Source: an uncultured Chloroflexota bacterium
GTDB taxonomy: Bacteria; Chloroflexota; Anaerolineae; Caldilineales; Caldilineaceae
NCBI GenBank assembly: GCA_903858085.1
Contig: CAIOHJ010000103.1
Coordinates: 21,598-85,597, forward strand
Direction: 5' to 3'
Length of the DNA: 64,000 nucleotides
The notes below the pieces were generated by a model. The model had not been told where the DNA came from, made no database searches, and worked only from the letters and a program-made list of their open reading frames with translations. A program made the position numbers and the translations under genes. How positions within the stretch are numbered: the stretch's first letter is position 1; the number at the start of each line of letters is the position of its first letter. Shown piece after piece: positions 60,645 to 64,000 of this stretch.

Positions 60645-62955
60645 CGCTCCCGTCGTTGGGGGGGGTGGTGCGGTGCAGCAGCACCTGGAAGCCCTTGGCC
60701 CGCAGCCGGCTGGCCAGCTGGGTAGTCAGCCGGCGGTTTTGGAAGCAGCCTCCGCTGAGCGCGACCTGTGCACACCCCGCTGCCTGGGCGACTGCCACCC
60801 CCATCTCCACCACTGTGTTGTGGAACCGGGCGGCAATCCGTGGCTGTTCTGCGCCGCGACGCAGGTCCGCGCAGATCGACGCGACCAGTGGAGCCCAGTC
60901 CAGTTGAGCAGGCCCTCCGGCGTCGAGCAGGGCAAGGTCGTAACAGCCGGTTTCTGTGGGGTCCGCACAGTGCTCAAGGGCCATCGCCGCCTCCCCCTCG
61001 AAGGTGGCGCGCTGCACCAACCCAAGCAGGGCGGCCACCCCGTCGAAAAGCCTGCCCATGCTCGTTGTCTGCGGGGTGTTGACCTGTCTGGCCAGCAGGG
61101 TGCCCAACAGGCGGCGTTCTGGAGGGGCAAATTCTCGCACCGGCGCCAGCCAATCCCAGCTCCATCCTGCTTCACCGTACAGCGCCCAGAGCAACGCCAG
61201 CGCCACCCGCCGTGGCTCGCGCACGGCAGCCTCTCCTCCTGGCAATCCAAAAGGGCGCAGATGGGCAAAGCGCGTAAAACTGGCTGCATCGCCGAGCAGG
61301 CACTCTCCTCCCCAGATTGTCCCGTCCGGCCCGTACCCAGTCCCATCCCAAATCAGCCCCAGGGCGGGTGTGACCACGCCGTTGTCAGCCAGACAGGCCG
61401 CCAGGTGTGCATGGTGGTGTTGCACTGCAATGCGCGGGGCCGCCAGCGGGGCAGCACGTGCCCACTGGGTCGACAGATAGTCGGGATGGAGGTCATGGGC
61501 CACGGCAGCAGGTTCCGCCGCATAGAGCCGCAAAAAATCTTCGATCACCCGCACGAACGCGTTGAAGGCGGCCGCAGTCTCCAAATCGCCGATGTGCTGG
61601 CTGAGCATGATCTGGTCGCCGATCCCCAACGCCACTGTATTTTTGAGCTGCGCACCGGTGGCGAGGATGGTGGGCTGGGCAGCGGGTGCGGGCAGCGGGA
61701 AGGGGGCATAGCCGCGCGCGCGCCGCAGGAATTGGGGCCCCCCCTCGAACAGACGGAGCACGCTGTCGTCGGCATGGCGGGCGATCGGGCGGTTGTGGAG
61801 CAAAAAACAGTCGGCGACAGCGCCCAGTCGTTCGAGTGCCTCCCACTCGTCGGTGCAGATCGGTTCGTCGGCCAGGTTGCCGCTGGTGGCGACCAGGGGG
61901 CAGCCTACCTGTTCCAACAGCAAATGGTGCAGCGGGGTCGACGGCAGCATCAGCCCCAGCTCAGGGGTGCCGGGGGCCACCTCCAGGGCCAGGAGGGCCT
62001 CCGGCCGGCGGGGCAGCAGCACGATCGGTGCCGCGTTGGAAGCCAGCAGAGTGGCGGCTGCAGGTTCGACAACACAGAGCGCCTCTGCCTGGGCCAGGTC
62101 ACGCACCATCACGGCCAAAGGTTTGAACGGACGCTCTTTGCGCGCCCGCAGCCGCGCCACCGTGGCCGCGTTGCGCGCATCTGCCATCAGCTGAAAACCG
62201 CCCAGTCCCTTGACGGCAACCACAGCGCCTGCTCGCAGGGCGGCCACCGCAGCGTCGAAGGCCTGCTCTGCCTGTCCCTTCAGCTGCCAGGAGCCCACCT
62301 GGGCTGGCCAGGACGCTGAAGGGACAGGCTGCTGGACAGCGTCAGGCGGGCTGTAGAAGGCGAGCTGTGGGCCACAGGCAGGGCAGGCGTTGGGCTGGGC
62401 GTGAAAACGACGGTCGAGCGGGTTGTTGTACTCTCTGAGACAGGCTGGGCAGAGAGCAAAGCCCTGCATGGTGGTGTTGGGGCGGTCGTAGGGCAAGGCC
62501 TCCAGAATGGTAAAACGGGGTCCACAGTGGGTACAGTTGGTGAATGGGTACTGGAAGCGACGGTTGTTGGGGTCAAAAAGTTCAGCCTGGCAGGCAGGAC
62601 AGGGGGCCAGATCGGGCAGGATCGACACAGAGGGCGCGCCGCTGCGCTCGGAGAGCCGGATCTCGAACTGGGTTGCCCCAGTTGCGGCAAGCCAGGTATG
62701 GCTCCAGTGCAGAATCCGTGCATTGGGCGGCGTCTCGTTCGGCAGCCGTTGCAGGAAGGTCGCCAAGAGGGGGGCAGGCCCTTCTACCTCGATCAACACC
62801 CCGTGGGTATCGTTGAGCACCCAGCCGGCCAGCGCCAGTTCGGTCGCCAGCCGATAGACGAACGGGCGAAAGCCCACACCCTGGACTGCGCCAGCGATCT
62901 CGACGTGCAGGCGCAGTCGATCGGGAGGGTGCACAGGCAGCGGCGAGGAGCACAT
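60595..62955 (-). CDS. hypF: Carbamoyltransferase HypF
   Basis: Acylphosphatase GAVQGVGFRPF, Zn fingers (CPAC, CTHCGPR), VKGLGGF, QHHHAH, WDGTGYG, SMGRLFD, SGGCFQN. Confidence 0.95.
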   Translation of the reverse strand: MCSSPLPVHPPDRLRLHVEIAGAVQGVGFRPFVYRLATELALAGWVLNDTHGVLIEVEGPAPLLATFLQRLPNETPPNARILHWSHTWLAATGATQFEIRLSERSGAPSVSILPDLAPCPACQAELFDPNNRRFQYPFTNCTHCGPRFTILEALPYDRPNTTMQGFALCPACLREYNNPLDRRFHAQPNACPACGPQLAFYSPPDAVQQPVPSASWPAQVGSWQLKGQAEQAFDAAVAALRAGAVVAVKGLGGFQLMADARNAATVARLRARKERPFKPLAVMVRDLAQAEALCVVEPAAATLLASNAAPIVLLPRRPEALLALEVAPGTPELGLMLPSTPLHHLLLEQVGCPLVATSGNLADEPICTDEWEALERLGAVADCFLLHNRPIARHADDSVLRLFEGGPQFLRRARGYAPFPLPAPAAQPTILATGAQLKNTVALGIGDQIMLSQHIGDLETAAAFNAFVRVIEDFLRLYAAEPAAVAHDLHPDYLSTQWARAAPLAAPRIAVQHHHAHLAACLADNGVVTPALGLIWDGTGYGPDGTIWGGECLLGDAASFTRFAHLRPFGLPGGEAAVREPRRVALALLWALYGEAGWSWDWLAPVREFAPPERRLLGTLLARQVNTPQTTSMGRLFDGVAALLGLVQRATFEGEAAMALEHCADPTETGCYDLALLDAGGPAQLDWAPLVASICADLRRGAEQPRIAARFHNTVVEMGVAVAQAAGCAQVALSGGCFQNRRLTTQLASRLRAKGFQVLLHRTTPPNDGSVSYGQVVVAAALLNRP

Positions 62956-63013
62956 CAGAGGGCTGCAGGAGAGGCTGCGCCAGCCGGTGGCAGACTCCCG
63001 GCTGGCGTTTCTC

Positions 63014-64000
63014 TCAGTTCGGGTCGTATTTGCAGCGCTGCCCCTTGAGGCTGTTGAAATAGATGCACAGCTCAATATAGGCAGGACGCCATTCGAGCCC
63101 ATTGATCGGGCTCGGCTCCATCAAGGCCCACCAGTACTGCTCTTCGTCCTTCGGGTTGCCGTCGTTGGTCCAGTCGAGGTTGGGCATTGTCAAGGCGCTC
63201 ATCAGCCCGATCCAGGGCCAGTTGGCTGCGGCGTATTGATAGGCGCGTTTGAGATAGTCGGCCTGCACAAACATATCGATGCCTGCATCGGCGCCATGCC
63301 ACTTGTAGGCTGCGTTGACCGAGTCAAAGGTCCAGCCAAATTCCAGCAGCACGATCTTTTTGGCGCTGTCGCCGTATTTCTCCATAATCCGGCGGATGTC
63401 TTCGACATGGCGGAAGGCAAAAAAGCGATAGCCGCCGTACTTGGGGTTGCTGGCTGCCTCGGCCGGATCCAGCTCAGGAGGGGCTGCGTAGCCGGCGCCA
63501 TGGACGCCGAGGGCGTCAAAATAGCCGTTGCTGCTGCCCATCGCCTGATACATCTGTTCGTAGAAAAGGTCGTCCGGCATTGCATTTTCGCTGTTGTCGC
63601 CGGTCGGGGCCATGCCTGCATTGATGACCAGCGCACTGGGGTTGGCAGCCTTGATGGCCCGGTAGGCCTTGCCCAGGAATTGCACGTACTCACCTGGATT
63701 GGGGCGTTTCCCCCCCCATTCCCGCGCCAGGTTGGGTTCATTCCAGATCTGGAAAGCCTGGATACAGCCGATTGCCCCAGGCTGGCAGCTGTAGCGGGCG
63801 GCCAAGGTGCCCGCATACTCGGCGAAAGCATCGCCGTTCTGGGGCGGGTCACCTGCCCAGAAGCCGCGCAGGTCAGGATCCAGGCTCAGACGCGCCAGAA
63901 TTTTGAGGCCGCGTGCGTTGGCATGGGAGACCACCTGGTCGGCGATCGACCAGTCGTAGCTCCCGCGTCCAGCCCCTTCGATCGACTCCCACGAAAAAGA
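63014..64000 (-). CDS. Clan GH-A glycoside hydrolase (GH5/GH39-like), 5' end beyond window
   Basis: [18 protein letters not shown] (acid/base Glu), LLEFGW (nucleophile Glu). Confidence 0.85.
   Translation of the reverse strand, partial: SFSWESIEGAGRGSYDWSIADQVVSHANARGLKILARLSLDPDLRGFWAGDPPQNGDAFAEYAGTLAARYSCQPGAIGCIQAFQIWNEPNLAREWGGKRPNPGEYVQFLGKAYRAIKAANPSALVINAGMAPTGDNSENAMPDDLFYEQMYQAMGSSNGYFDALGVHGAGYAAPPELDPAEAASNPKYGGYRFFAFRHVEDIRRIMEKYGDSAKKIVLLEFGWTFDSVNAAYKWHGADAGIDMFVQADYLKRAYQYAAANWPWIGLMSALTMPNLDWTNDGNPKDEEQYWWALMEPSPINGLEWRPAYIELCIYFNSLKGQRCKYDPN

Overview
A GC-rich bacterial chromosomal window, most likely Chloroflexota (Caldilineaceae/Anaerolineae-like; inferred from gene content, not from a marker gene). 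It is mostly housekeeping: the lpdA 3' end, mltG, tandem DsbA, argH, gatCA, a UvrD-like helicase, tilS, an mreBCD-mrdA-minCD-rodA cluster without minE, radC, plsX, nnr, mtnA and hypF. It also carries a ThiS/MoaD-MoeZ-CysM-DUF4395-thioredoxin sulfur operon, a six-gene glycerol-type ABC transporter, a YtkA-like/MauG-like di-heme pair, a YcgR/YcgQ-type permease operon and several secreted SH3/propeller/glycoside-hydrolase proteins. I found no CRISPR array, tRNA, rRNA, integrase or transposase. The most interesting signals are non-coding: (1) a ~300-nt leader of the sulfur operon with a terminator, a competing antiterminator and a Cys-containing leader ORF (candidate cysteine attenuator); (2) a terminator/antiterminator leader before gatCA that matches no riboswitch I recognise; (3) a perfect LexA-type box followed by a structured leader, a uORF and an unknown 116-aa ORF; (4) a ~150-nt structured spacer before an aminotransferase; (5) a clear preQ1-I riboswitch. 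There is also an icd gene inactivated by a large internal deletion. All RNA structures were paired by eye, not computed.
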